The notes under the pieces were generated by a model that worked only from the letters and a program-made list of their open reading frames with translations, did no database searches and was not told where the DNA came from. Made by a program: the position numbers and the translations under genes. From contig CAVUKA010000003.1 in NCBI GenBank assembly GCA_963741945.1, forward strand, positions 723,998 through 787,997: a stretch of DNA of 64,000 nucleotides, given 5' to 3'. Source of the DNA: an uncultured Gemmatimonadales bacterium. Lineage in GTDB: Bacteria > Gemmatimonadota > Gemmatimonadetes > Longimicrobiales > RSA9. Below, one piece after another: positions 49,530 through 60,621 of this stretch (its first letter is position 1; the number at the start of each line of letters is the position of its first letter).

Positions 49530-49946
49530 ATGCGCAGTCGAGCCGCTCTCGCGGTGGTGGTGGCAGCAAGCATGTCTCTTCTGGCCTGCGGCTCGGACTC
49601 TTCCCCGGCCATCACCGACCCGGAGGAGACGAACATCCCGGCGGTGGGGAACCAGCCGAACTCGTTCGCGTTCGTCGTGCTCGCCAGGGATCTGACGCTC
49701 GACCGGATCGACGCGGTGTCGTTCACCAGCGACTCCACGAGCGTGGGGCTCACGGTGATGGGATACGAGGGCGGCACTGGCACTCTCGAGGTGTTCGACG
49801 CGACGGACGCGGCCATCCTCACCCGCCAGCTGGGCGCCAACGTGGCGGAGGGCACCACCATCCCGCTGGCCGCGCGTCCGGCGAGGGTCCGCATCCGCTT
49901 CGCGGGCTACTCGGGGGTCGTGGCGATCGGCGTCCACGCGGACTAG
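49530..49946 (+). CDS. Hypothetical lipoprotein
   Basis: GGAG SD; lipobox LLAC; beta-rich 138 aa. Confidence 0.7.
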   Translation: MRSRAALAVVVAASMSLLACGSDSSPAITDPEETNIPAVGNQPNSFAFVVLARDLTLDRIDAVSFTSDSTSVGLTVMGYEGGTGTLEVFDATDAAILTRQLGANVAEGTTIPLAARPARVRIRFAGYSGVVAIGVHAD

Positions 49947-49997
49947 GGCGAACCCGGGCCCGTGCGGCGGCGGGCGGGAAGCGCCCGGGTGCCCGGC

Positions 49998-52573
49998 CTA
50001 GGGCCTGCGCCCTGCCCCGCTCCTCTCCTCGAGTCGCTTCACGAGCGCGTTCACCGCCTCCTTCGTGTCCTCGAACCGCAGCCCCGCGGCGGCGGCCTTG
50101 AGCCGCGCCAGGGCCGCGCCGGGCTCGAGCCGGTTGGCCAGCGCGGTCAGCGCCCACCGCCGGACCCACCCGCGTTCGTCGTTCAGCGCGTCCACCAGCG
50201 CGTCGGCCGCGCGGTCGCTTCCCTGCGCGGCGAGGGCGCCCAGCGCCAGCGCCACGCCCTGGTCCGCGCCCAGCAGCTGCTCCAGGTCGCCGACGAAGGT
50301 GGTGTCCGCGAGACCGACCACGGCCCGGAGCGCGGCGTGGCGCACGATCTCCCGGTACGACGCCTCCCGCAGCGCCGCCCGGATCACGGGCCGGGCGCCC
50401 TGCCGCTCGATCCTCGCCACGGCCACCACGGCGGCCGCGCGCACGGTGTAGCTGGAGTCGCGCCCGAGGACGGCCTCGGCCGCGCTGGCTGCGCGGGGCA
50501 CGGCGCCGGGATTCGTCATCCCGATCTGCCCGATGGACGTGACGGCGGCGGCGCGCACCTGGGCGGAGGTGTCGCGCACCGCCGCCGTGAGCGCCGGCAG
50601 CGCGCGGTCGGCCGGGAACCCGGCGAGGGCGTCCGCGGCCTGTGCGCGGGTGAGGAAGTAGTCGGCGGACGTGGCGGCGTGGGCGAGGGCGGCGGCGGCG
50701 GCCTCGTCGTCGGTACGACCGGAGAGCTGGTCGATGACCCAGCTCCGGTCCCAGAGGTCCGGGTCGCGCCGGAGCTGCGCGGCCAGCCGCTCCGTGGGCT
50801 GCTCGAACTCCAGCGTCTTGAGGATCCCGTTGCCGTCGTCGAAGACCACCATGGCGGGCTCGCTCGCCACACCCTCCACGATGACGGTGTCCACGCGCTG
50901 GTCGATCCAGTCCCTGGCGACGACATCGCCGCCATCCGCCGTCCCCACACGCACCGTCACCGGCATCCGGAACACTTCGGGCGTGCGGTAGCGGACGCCG
51001 GCGCTGTCGGCAGTTAGGGAGTCCCGCTGCGTCTGTGTGGCGACGACAGTGACGCGGCGTGCGGCGCGGTCGTAGCTGGACGTGACGGTGAACGCCGGGT
51101 AGCCGGCGCTGTACACCCACTCGTCGAAGAACCAGTCCAGGTTCTCCCCCGTGGCGCCGAGGAACGCCTGGCGGAGGTCGTCGCTGGTGGCGTTGTCGTA
51201 TGCGTGGTCGGTGAGGAAGCGGTGTATGCCCGCCTGGAACGGGGCGCCGCCCAGGTACTCCCGGAGCATCTCGATGACGAGCGCGCCCTTGGGGTAGATG
51301 TTGTTCGACCCGAGCGACGCCAGCGGCATGCTGCGACGCCCCTCGATGGCCATGTACTGCCGCCACTCGTCGAGGTAGTAGTCCTCGCCCGCGTGCTCGC
51401 CCTCCCGGCTGCGCCAGTACTGCCCGGGCAGGAACTCGGCGAAGCCCTCGTTCAGCCACATGTTCGCCCAGTTCTCCGTGGTCACGTAGTCGCCGAACCA
51501 CTGGTGGGCCAGCTCGTGCGGGATCAGGATCCACTGGTACCACGGCCGGTCCGCGTACGCCCGCGCGTCCGGCAGCCAGTCCACCAGCGTGGTGGCGCTC
51601 ACGTTCTCCATCCCGCCGAAGAAGTCCGCAACCGTGGTCTGGGCGTACTTCGCCCACGGGTAGGGGATGCCCGTGTAGTCGGAGTACAGCTGGATCATGT
51701 CCGGCGTGACGCCGAACAGCCGCCGGGCCAGCGGCTCGTCCTCCCGGTAGACATAGTAGTCCACCGGCTTCCCCCGCCACTCGTCGTGGACCCTCGCCAG
51801 CGGCGCCACGATGAGTGAGACCAGGTACGTGGCGCTCGGCTTCTCCTGCCTCCACGTCATGGTGCGCGTACCGTCGGCGTTCTCCGTGTCGGCGACGAGC
51901 CGGCCGTTCGACACCGCGGTGTACTCCGCCGGCACCGTCGCCGCCAGCTCCCAGCCCATCTTGTCGTTCGGAAAGTCGTACGTGGGGAACCAGTCGTGGT
52001 TGTTGTCGTCCTCGCCCTGGCTCCAGATCTGCCGCGGCCGGTGCGGCCGCCCCTCGGACTCGATGAATGTCAGCCCGCGGCCGTTCTCCACCTTTCCGTC
52101 ATAGTCGATGTCGAAGCGGACCGTGTCGCCGAAGCCGGCGGGGCGAGGCAGGCGGACCACGAGCGTGTCGCCGCGGTGGGCGAAGTCGAGGGCGGGGGCG
52201 CGGGGTGCGGAGCGGCCGCGGGGCCCCGCGTCGCCCGTAACGGACCGGATCCCAGCAGGTGCCCCGCGTCCAGGATCACCGAGTCCAGCGCGGGCCGGAG
52301 CGATACCAGTGTGGTGCTCACCCGTCCCTCGAAGGAGGTGGAGTCCCAGTCGAAGTCCCGGACCTCGATCTGCTGGTGGACGAGGTCGTAGTCGTGGGAG
52401 CGCGTGTAGCGGTCGTTCAGGATCCGCTCGGCGTTGGACGGGGTAGTGCGTTGCGGCACCGCGGCGTCGACGCTGGCGCCCGTCTGCGCGGGGGCGCCGG
52501 CCTGAGCGGCGGCGGGCGAGGCGGCGAGGGCGGAGCCGAGGGCGAGGGCAAAGGGGAGGGCGAGGGTTTTCAC
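49998..52573 (-). CDS. M1 family aminopeptidase with C-terminal HEAT repeats; frameshift near 52250
   Basis: GGMEN, HELAHQWFG...WLNEGFA, YPKG; signal peptide and DYDLVHQ N-terminus in another frame from GTG 52573. Confidence 0.9.
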
Positions 52574-52689
52574 GGGCGGCGTCCTGTGACGTGGGTTCCG
52601 GTCCTGGGATGGAGAATCGCGGGAGCCGGGCCCGGACGCAAAGGGGGCGGAAGGGGCTCCGGGTGCGCGGGCGGCGCTCGTCGCCGGGA

Positions 52690-54075
52690 TCAGGACCCGG
52701 CGGTGAGCAGCTGCGTGGCCACGCCTGCGGCAAAGCCCAGGAAGATGGCCCAGGTCCAGCGGAGGTGGCCCAGGAAGGTGTAGGTGTTCCTGGCCTGCCC
52801 CATGAGCGCCACACCGGCCGCGCTGCCGATGGAGAAGAGGGAGCCCCCGATCCCGGCGGTGAGCGTCACCAGCAGCCACTGCCCCTCGTCCATTTGGGGG
52901 CTCATCTGGAGCACGGAGTACATGACGGGGATGTTGTCCACCACGGCCGAGAGGAGCCCGACGGTGACGTTGGCGGCCGTCGCCCCGAAGGAGCCGTAGA
53001 GCCACTGAGAGGCGAGGGCGAGGTAGCCCAGGGTCGCGAGCCCGCCCACGGCCATGATCACGCCGTAGAAGAACAGGAGCGTGTCCCACTCCGCGCGCTT
53101 CAGCAGCCGGAACACGTCGAAGCTCGCGTCGGCCGGCGCGCTCTCGAACAGGGAGAACGGGGAGCTCGGGTCGAAGAAGAAGCCGCCGCCGTTCTGCCGG
53201 GGCGCGTCGCCCTTCCGGCGCACGCCCCACCCGAACACGTTGAGCACGGCCAGCCCCGTCATCATCCCGATCACGGGCGGCAGGTTCCAGGCGTGTCGGG
53301 AGTAGACGGTCCCCGCCACGGTCAGGATGAAGAGGGCGACCACTTCCAGCGCTCCCGGCTTGAGCCGCTCCCCGACGGCGGACGTGGTCGGGCGGCCGGC
53401 GGGCACCACGGTCTGCATGAGCAGCGCGGGGACGAGCCAGCTCACGAGGGCGGCGGGAAGGATGTGGAAGAAGTCCCCGAACGGGAGCATGCCGGCCTGC
53501 CAGACCATGAGCGTCGTCACGTCGCCGAAGGGGCTGAACGCGCCCCCCGCATTGGCGGCGACCACGACGTTCACGAGCGCCGCCACCAGGAACTTCGGCC
53601 GCTCGCCGGCCACGGCCACGACCACCGAGCCCACCACGAGGGCAGTGGTCATGTTGTCCACGATCGGGGACAGGACGAAGGCGAGGGCGCCGGTGATCCA
53701 GAACACCGCGCGCAGCGACAGCCGACGGCGCAGCAGCCAGGCGCGGAGCGCTTCGAACACGTTCCGCTCCTCCATGGTGTTCACGAACGTCATGGCGACG
53801 AGGAGGAAGAGGAACAGCTCGCCGAAGTCCGTCAGCTGCCGCCGCACCGCCTCCGCCGCGGCGTCCGGATACCCGAGGACGGTGAAGGCGTGTGCCACGA
53901 GCAGCCAGATGATGCCGGCAGCCAGCATCACGGGCTTGCTCTTCCGCAGCTGGAGCTGCTCCTCCAGGAGGACGAGCACATAGGCGGCGACGAAGATTCC
54001 GACCGCGGCGAAGCCTACCGGGCTCGCCACCAGATCCATCTGCGGCCCCGACAGCAGGGCGGATATGGCGAACAT
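52690..54075 (-). CDS. nhaD: Na+/H+ antiporter NhaD
   Basis: LRKSKPV, FLFLLVAMTF, DNMTTAL, ANAGGAFSPFGDVTTLMVW, EWDTLLFF, VDNIP, GSAAGVALMG. Confidence 0.92.
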   Translation of the reverse strand: MFAISALLSGPQMDLVASPVGFAAVGIFVAAYVLVLLEEQLQLRKSKPVMLAAGIIWLLVAHAFTVLGYPDAAAEAVRRQLTDFGELFLFLLVAMTFVNTMEERNVFEALRAWLLRRRLSLRAVFWITGALAFVLSPIVDNMTTALVVGSVVVAVAGERPKFLVAALVNVVVAANAGGAFSPFGDVTTLMVWQAGMLPFGDFFHILPAALVSWLVPALLMQTVVPAGRPTTSAVGERLKPGALEVVALFILTVAGTVYSRHAWNLPPVIGMMTGLAVLNVFGWGVRRKGDAPRQNGGGFFFDPSSPFSLFESAPADASFDVFRLLKRAEWDTLLFFYGVIMAVGGLATLGYLALASQWLYGSFGATAANVTVGLLSAVVDNIPVMYSVLQMSPQMDEGQWLLVTLTAGIGGSLFSIGSAAGVALMGQARNTYTFLGHLRWTWAIFLGFAAGVATQLLTAGS

Positions 54076-54352
54076 GCTGTTCTATTCCCGCAGACGGCGG
54101 CTCCGCGACCGGGCCGCCGCGCTTGGCTGCAATCCATTCCAGCCGCCGTCCGTGCGGCGGCCGAGAGAAAGGAAGATGGCGGGTCTGCCCGGAATGGAAA
54201 GGGCCCGGCTCGCGCTCGACTCCGCGAGCCCCGGCCATCCGCGAGCCTGCCCGCCGGCGTCGCGATCGGCGGCGGGCGCTGGACGCTCCCCGGCCGGCGG
54301 TCTACCTTTCGCCGTCGCAATCCCACAACCCACCCGTAGAAAAGGCGACGTC

Positions 54353-55912
54353 ATGAGACACGCCGGTACGACCGCGCTCCTCCTCGCGGCGCTCATGCTT
54401 CCCGCGGGCACTCGCGCCCAGGACCGTCCGCAGGTCCGGCGGGAGAACGGCGAGGCCGCGCAGAAGGACGCCGATGTGAAGCCGGAGCAGGTGACCACGC
54501 ACCACTCGGCCGCGATCGGCGGGCAGAAGATCGACTACGACGCCACCGTCGGCGACGTCATCCTCCGCGACGACGACGGCCATCCCACTGCCGCGCTGTA
54601 CTACACCTACTATCAGCGCCGTGGCGTGTCCGACGCTGCCCATCGGCCGCTGGCGTTCGCCTACAACGGCGGCCCGGGCAGCTCATCGATCTGGGTGCAC
54701 ATGGGCGCGTTCGGCCCCAAGCGCGTGGCCGTCCCCGACACCACCCACGCCCCGCCGCCCCCGTACACGCTGGAGGACAACCAGTACAGTCTCCTCGACG
54801 TGGCCGACCTGGTGTTCATCGACCCGGTGGGCACCGGCTTCAGCCACCCGCTCGGCAACGCCACGGGGAAGGACTTCTGGGGCGTGGACGAGGATGCGCG
54901 CTCCCTGGCGCAGTTCGTCACGCGCTGGCTCAGCGAGAACGGACGCTGGAACTCGCCCCGCTACCTCATCGGCGAAAGCTACGGCACCACCCGCTCCGCA
55001 ACGCTCGGCAACCTGCTCCAGCAGCGGGAGAACCTGGACCTGAACGGCATCGTGCTGGTCTCCGCCGTCCTCGATTTCAGCACCATCACGTTCCAGCCCG
55101 GGAACGAGATGCCGTACATCACATACCTGCCCTCGTACGCCGCCGTGTCCTGGTACCACGACGTGCTGCCGCAGAAGCCGGCGGAGCTCCGGCCGTTCCT
55201 GGCCCAGGTGGAGCAGTTCGCCACGGGCGAGTACGCGCACGCGCTCCTCGCCGGCTCCGACCTCGATCCGTCAGAGCGGAACGCGGTCCTCGACAAGCTG
55301 GTGCAGTACACCGGACTGAGCCGTGACTACCTGGACAGGGCCGACCTGCGCGTGGACGCCAGCGAGTTCGAGAAGGAGCTCATGCGCGAGCACGGGCTCG
55401 TGGTCGGCCGCCTCGACGCCCGCTTCACCGGCCCCACGGGCGACCTGCTCGCCGAGCGCGCGCCGTACGACCCGCAGTCGTCCGCCATCAGCTCCGCCTA
55501 CACTTCGCTGTTCAACGAGTACCTGCACAACCAGCTCGACTTCGGCCGCGACCGCGTCTACCAGGTCAGCGGGAACGTGCGACCGTGGAACTGGACGCAC
55601 GGCATGACCCGCGGCTGGCCCGGCTACACCAACGTGGCCACGGACCTCGCCCAGGCCATCACGCAGAACCCGAAGCTCCACGTCATGCTCGCGTCCGGGC
55701 TCTTCGACCTGGCGACGCCGTACTTCGCCGCCGAGTACACCATGGACCACCTCGGCCTGCCGCCGGAGCTGCGCGACAACATCCGCGAGGAGGAGTACCT
55801 GGCAGGGCACATGATGTACGTCCACCCCCAGTCGCTGGCCAAGCTGAAGGCGGACATCGCCAGCTTCATTGCCGAGACCAGCGGCACCAGGACCGCGGCG
55901 GCAGGGCGGTAG
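54353..55912 (+). CDS. S10 family serine carboxypeptidase, secreted
   Basis: YNGGPGSSS, IDPVGTGFS, GESYG, FDLATP, AGHMMY. Confidence 0.92.
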   Translation: MRHAGTTALLLAALMLPAGTRAQDRPQVRRENGEAAQKDADVKPEQVTTHHSAAIGGQKIDYDATVGDVILRDDDGHPTAALYYTYYQRRGVSDAAHRPLAFAYNGGPGSSSIWVHMGAFGPKRVAVPDTTHAPPPPYTLEDNQYSLLDVADLVFIDPVGTGFSHPLGNATGKDFWGVDEDARSLAQFVTRWLSENGRWNSPRYLIGESYGTTRSATLGNLLQQRENLDLNGIVLVSAVLDFSTITFQPGNEMPYITYLPSYAAVSWYHDVLPQKPAELRPFLAQVEQFATGEYAHALLAGSDLDPSERNAVLDKLVQYTGLSRDYLDRADLRVDASEFEKELMREHGLVVGRLDARFTGPTGDLLAERAPYDPQSSAISSAYTSLFNEYLHNQLDFGRDRVYQVSGNVRPWNWTHGMTRGWPGYTNVATDLAQAITQNPKLHVMLASGLFDLATPYFAAEYTMDHLGLPPELRDNIREEEYLAGHMMYVHPQSLAKLKADIASFIAETSGTRTAAAGR

Positions 55913-56141
55913 CGAAGGAGCGCCCCGATCGTCTGGGTCAGGGCCGAGGCCTCGGCTCCACCGCCCGGAAACGCCGGACACGCCAGACGGAACACGGGCG
56001 CGGGGCGCGGCGGGGGAGGGCGGGCCCGGCCGCACGGTCCGGGCCTCCATCACCCGTCTCCGTTCTCCGGGCCCTTTGCGCGGCCCGTTCCCCCCGCCCC
56101 ATTATCCGTCCGGACCATCCCAACCTTCCGGAGGCCAGACC

Positions 56142-58148
56142 ATGCCCCGCAGCCCTCGCCCGCTCGCGGCCCGCGCCGCCAGCGTCATCGCCCTTGCCGC
56201 CCTCGCGGTCGGCGCGGCCCTCGTCGCCCCGAGCGCCGCCGTCGCGCAGCGCCCCAACAAGCCCGTGCTGCACGGGCAGCACTGGGTGGCCATCACCGGG
56301 AAGCCGCTCGCCGCCACCGCGGGCGCGCGGATCTTCCAGGAGGGCGGCAACGCCGTGGACGCCGCGTGCGCCATGCTCGGCGCCGTCACCACCATGTGGG
56401 ACGTGCTCAGCTGGGGCGGTGAGACGCAGGCGCTGATCTACAACCCCGAGACCGGCAAGGTGATCGGGATCAACGCCCTGGGCGTGGCGCCCACCGGGGC
56501 GACGGCGGAGTTCTACCGCTCCAAGGGCTACGACTACCCGCCCGAGTACGGCCCCCTCGCCGCAGTCACGCCGGGCACCCCCGGCGGCCTCATGACCATG
56601 CTCGCCGAGTACGGCACCATGAGCCTGGCGCAGGTGCTGGCGCCCGCCATCGAGCTGGCCGACGGCTACCCCATCGAGGCCCAGACCGCCAACTCCATCG
56701 AGCGGGCGAAGGACCAGATCAAGGAGTGGCCGTACTCGAAGGCCGTGTTCCTCCCGCACCTCGGCTCCGGCGGCCGCGAAGCCCCGTCCGCCGGCGAGGT
56801 CTTCCGCCAGAAGGACCTGGCCGCCACGCTGCGCAAGCTGGTGGCCGCGGAGAAGGCGGCGCTGGACGCCGGGAAGAGTCGCGAGGAGGCGATCCACGCC
56901 GCGTACGACCGCTTCTACAAGGGTGACATCGCGCAGGAGATCGTCCGCTCGGTGCGCGAGCAGGGCGGCCTCTTCACCCTGGACGACCTCGCCAACTGGC
57001 AGGTGCACATCGAGGAGCCCGTCCACACAGACTACAAGGGGATCGAGGTCTACAAGCTGACCCACTGGGTGCAGGGCCCGGTCATGCTCCAGACGCTGAA
57101 CATCCTGGAGAACTTCGACCTGAAGAGCATGGGCTACAACAGCGCCCGCTACATGCACACGCTCTACCAGGCCATGAACCTGGCGTATGCCGACCGCGAC
57201 TTCTACTACGGCGACCCGTACGTCCCGCCCGAGGAGCCCATCGAGGGGCTGCTGTCCAAGGACTACGCCCGGGAGCGGGCCAAGCTCATCGACCCCGACC
57301 ACAACGACCCCGACGTGCGCCCCGGCGACCCGTACCCCTTCATGGGAGAGACCAATCCGTACCGGGACCTCCTGGCGAACTGGCATACGACGACCCGCTT
57401 CGGCGACCACGGCAAGCCCACCACCCCGGACCGGGATGCCACCCTCGCCCCGACCCCCGCCGGCGGCGTCATGGTCGCGACGGATGCGGCCTCGCGGCCC
57501 GGCGTCGCAAGCGCCGACCTCGAGTTCGGCGCCGCGGCCGACGGCTTCGCGCAGCCCGGCTTCTTCGCCGGCACCACGTCCATCCAGGCCGCGGACGACG
57601 ACGGCTGGGTGGTCTCCGTCACTCCCAGCGGCGGCTGGGTTCCGGCCGTCGTCGCCGGGCACACCGGCGTCGGCCTGAGCCAGCGCGCCCAGAGCTTCGT
57701 GCTCTACCCGGCGGAGAACCCGTTCAACGTCATCCACCCCGGCCAGCGCCCCCGCGCCACGCTCACGCCGGGCCTCGCCATGAAGGACGGGAAGCCGTAC
57801 CTCAGCTTCGCCGTCCAGGGCGGCGACACCCAGGACCAGAACCTCCTGCAGTTCTTCCTGGACGTGGTCGAGTTCGGGATGGACGTCCAGCAGGCGACGG
57901 AGGCCGCCAACATCAACAGCTACCAGATGCGCAGCTCCTTCGGCACGCACGAGTCGGAGCCGGGGCGTGTGACCGTCCAGGAGCAGACCTCCCCCTGGGT
58001 GCTCGACCAGATGCGCCGCATGGGCTACCGCCTCGACCTCCAGGAGCGCACGTCCGGCCCCATCAACGCCATCTTCTTCGACCGCGAGCACGGGACGTTC
58101 TGGGGGGGAAGCAGCGATTACGGGGAGGATTACGGCATCGCGTGGTAG
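56142..58148 (+). CDS. Gamma-glutamyltransferase family protein
   Basis: GGNAVDAA, VTPG, FYKGDIA, YADRD, GTTS (Thr nucleophile), PGQRPRATL, QGGDTQ. Confidence 0.9.
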   Translation: MPRSPRPLAARAASVIALAALAVGAALVAPSAAVAQRPNKPVLHGQHWVAITGKPLAATAGARIFQEGGNAVDAACAMLGAVTTMWDVLSWGGETQALIYNPETGKVIGINALGVAPTGATAEFYRSKGYDYPPEYGPLAAVTPGTPGGLMTMLAEYGTMSLAQVLAPAIELADGYPIEAQTANSIERAKDQIKEWPYSKAVFLPHLGSGGREAPSAGEVFRQKDLAATLRKLVAAEKAALDAGKSREEAIHAAYDRFYKGDIAQEIVRSVREQGGLFTLDDLANWQVHIEEPVHTDYKGIEVYKLTHWVQGPVMLQTLNILENFDLKSMGYNSARYMHTLYQAMNLAYADRDFYYGDPYVPPEEPIEGLLSKDYARERAKLIDPDHNDPDVRPGDPYPFMGETNPYRDLLANWHTTTRFGDHGKPTTPDRDATLAPTPAGGVMVATDAASRPGVASADLEFGAAADGFAQPGFFAGTTSIQAADDDGWVVSVTPSGGWVPAVVAGHTGVGLSQRAQSFVLYPAENPFNVIHPGQRPRATLTPGLAMKDGKPYLSFAVQGGDTQDQNLLQFFLDVVEFGMDVQQATEAANINSYQMRSSFGTHESEPGRVTVQEQTSPWVLDQMRRMGYRLDLQERTSGPINAIFFDREHGTFWGGSSDYGEDYGIAW

Positions 58149-58183
58149 GCGGGTAGGCTGACCGCCACCCGCCGGCCGGCGAG

Positions 58184-58281
58184 TGTACGACGGACGGCAT
58201 ATGTCGCCGATGATCGTTCAAGCGACGTCGGCGCGCGGGTCCATTGAACGGTCCACGGCACATATCGCCGACGATCGTTCA
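58184..58281. repeat. Array of 37-bp imperfect palindromes at 61-bp period (locus 2, inverted relative to locus 1)
   Basis: TGTACGACggaCGGCatatgtcGCCGatgATCGTTCA (58184-58220) and TGAACGGTccaCGGCacatatcGCCGacgATCGTTCA (58245-58281). Confidence 0.8.
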
Positions 58282-58363
58282 ATCGACCGCCGGGGGCGCT
58301 CCGCTTGCCGCCCGCTCGGCTCCTGGACAAGTTGGGGAATCCCATTCTGACGGAGGAAAACCC

Positions 58364-60586
58364 GTGCGCCGTCCTCGCTCCCGACCCGCCCCCCCGACAC
58401 GCCCAGCCCGACGCACTCCAGCCACCGGAACCACCCGAGCCACCCGAGCCACCCGAGCCACCCTCGCCACCCTCGCCACCCTCGCGGCCCTTTCGCTGAC
58501 GCTCGCTTCCTGCGGCTTCGGACCGTCCACGGCGGACCGCGCCGACGCCCTCACGGGCGACTGGGACTGGTACCGGACCATGGGGACGGAGCCCATCGGC
58601 GGGTTCGAGGGGAGCCGTCGCATGGCGTTCGTCCACTTCGAGGGCGACGACGCGTCGGAGGCGTGGGTGCGCCGTCGCTCGGATACGCCCATGTACGACG
58701 TGCGGGCGGTCCGCCTCGCCGGCGACTCCGTGGTCCTGACGCTTGCCGCACCCGGGAGCGCGGCGCCCGCGTCGGCGGTGGAGGCGGGCCCGGGCGAAGC
58801 GCCGTCCTTCCGGGGTGTGGTGGCCGGGGACAGCATCGTCGGCCTGCGCTACCAGGGGAGCGAAGCCGTGGAGCGGGTCCGGCTGGTGCGCCGGTCGTCG
58901 CCGCCGGACTACGAGCCGTACACCTCGCTCTGGGAGGGCGACGTCTCCGATTCCGCCTACGATGTGACCATCGACCCCGCCGTCCCCATGCACGCGCGGG
59001 ACGGCACGCTGCTCATGAGCTTCGTGGGCCGGCCCATGGGCGACGGCCCGTTCCCCATCGTCATGGAGCGGACGCCCTATCTCCGGTGGGACACGGCGGC
59101 GGCGCGGTTCTGGGCGGCACGCGGCTACATCTACGTGAAGCAGGACGTGCGCGGCCGCGGCGGCTCGGACGGCGTGTTGGACATGAACGCCGGGCAGATG
59201 GAGGACGGCTACGACGCGGTGGAGTGGGCGGCGTCGCTGCCGGGGTCGAACGGGAAGGTGGGGATGGTGGGCCGGTCGAACCCGGGGCTGTACGCGTGGT
59301 ACGCGGCCATCGCGCAGCCGCCGCACCTGGGCGCCATCGCGCCGGCGGTGGCCACGGCGGACCCGGTCCGGCTGGTGCCGTACATCGACATGGTCTTTTC
59401 GCCCACCATCGTCCCCTGGCTCTGCCTCACGGCCGTCAAGGACCAGCTGAGCGACATGGGGCCGGTGAAGGAAGTGGAAGCGTTCAACCACCTGCCGGTC
59501 ATCGACGCGGACACGATCGCCGGGTGCCCCCGTCGCCAGTTCTGGCTGGACTGGTTCGACCACCAGAGCCAGGACGACTACTGGAAGGCGCTCGGCGTGG
59601 AGAACCACCTGGACCGCGTGAACGTCCCGGTCCTCGGCATCGCCGGCTGGTACGACGACGCCCGGGGCACCATCCGCAACTACGAGGTCATGAGCCGGAT
59701 GCCGGGCCACCCGCCGCTGCGCGTGGTCATGGACGCGGGCGCGCACAAGGGGATCGACTACGTCCACGGGCACTTCGGGCCCCGCGCCCGCATCGACCCG
59801 CGCCTGCTCCAGCTGCGCTGGTTCGACCGCTGGCTGAAGGGGATCGACAATGGCGTGGACCGCGAGCCGCCGCTCGACTTCTTCATCATGGGCGACAACA
59901 CCTGGCGGCAGGAGACCGGGTGGCCGCTGGCCCGCACCCGCTTCACCCGCTTCTATCTCCATTCCGGCGGCGCCGCCAACACTTCTTCCGGCGACGGCCG
60001 GCTCGACACCGTCCCGCCCGCCGCCGAGCCCGAGGACACGTTCACCTACGACCCGGGCGACCCCACACCCTACCTCGTGGACGCCCGCGAGCTCGAGCTG
60101 GCGCTGAACGAGGACTACGCGGCGCTCAACGCTTCCCGCCGCGACGTGCTGGTGTTCGACACGCCCCCGCTCGAGGACGAGCTGGAGCTCACGGGCCCCA
60201 TCACCGCCACGCTCTGGGCCGCCACCGACGCGCGCGACACCGACTGGCATGTCATGCTGCTGGACGTGCACCCGGACGGCACCACCCGCCGCATCCAGGA
60301 CGGGATCGCACGCGCGCGGTTCCGCAACGGCTTCGACCGCCCGGAGCTGCCGGAGCCCGGCGTCGCCTACCAATACGACATCGACCTCTGGTTCACCGGG
60401 CTCGTGATCCCCGCCGGTCACCGCATCCGTGTCACCGTGGAGTCGGCGGCGTTCCCCAAGTACGATCGGAACCTGAACACCGGGGGCGACAACGAGCGCG
60501 ACACCGCGTACGTGGCCGCGCACCAGCGTATCTTTCACGACGGCGGGCACCCGTCATTCGTGACGCTGCCCGTGATTCCTCGCTAG
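58364..60586 (+). CDS. CocE/NonD family hydrolase lipoprotein
   Basis: GGAGG plus GTG; lipobox LASC; RTPY, QDVRGRGGSDG, GRSNPG nucleophile elbow, GWYD, FPKYDRNLNTG. Confidence 0.9.
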   Translation: MRRPRSRPAPPTRPARRTPATGTTRATRATRATLATLATLAALSLTLASCGFGPSTADRADALTGDWDWYRTMGTEPIGGFEGSRRMAFVHFEGDDASEAWVRRRSDTPMYDVRAVRLAGDSVVLTLAAPGSAAPASAVEAGPGEAPSFRGVVAGDSIVGLRYQGSEAVERVRLVRRSSPPDYEPYTSLWEGDVSDSAYDVTIDPAVPMHARDGTLLMSFVGRPMGDGPFPIVMERTPYLRWDTAAARFWAARGYIYVKQDVRGRGGSDGVLDMNAGQMEDGYDAVEWAASLPGSNGKVGMVGRSNPGLYAWYAAIAQPPHLGAIAPAVATADPVRLVPYIDMVFSPTIVPWLCLTAVKDQLSDMGPVKEVEAFNHLPVIDADTIAGCPRRQFWLDWFDHQSQDDYWKALGVENHLDRVNVPVLGIAGWYDDARGTIRNYEVMSRMPGHPPLRVVMDAGAHKGIDYVHGHFGPRARIDPRLLQLRWFDRWLKGIDNGVDREPPLDFFIMGDNTWRQETGWPLARTRFTRFYLHSGGAANTSSGDGRLDTVPPAAEPEDTFTYDPGDPTPYLVDARELELALNEDYAALNASRRDVLVFDTPPLEDELELTGPITATLWAATDARDTDWHVMLLDVHPDGTTRRIQDGIARARFRNGFDRPELPEPGVAYQYDIDLWFTGLVIPAGHRIRVTVESAAFPKYDRNLNTGGDNERDTAYVAAHQRIFHDGGHPSFVTLPVIPR
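58421..58483 (+). repeat. In-frame 9-mer repeat x7 (GCCACCCGA/GCCACCCTC) in the signal peptide
   Basis: Encodes the peptide ATG-TTR-ATR-ATR-ATL-ATL-ATL. Confidence 0.85.
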
Positions 60587-60621
60587 CGGCCAGGCAACGG
60601 GTCCGGGAAAGGAGGGGGACC

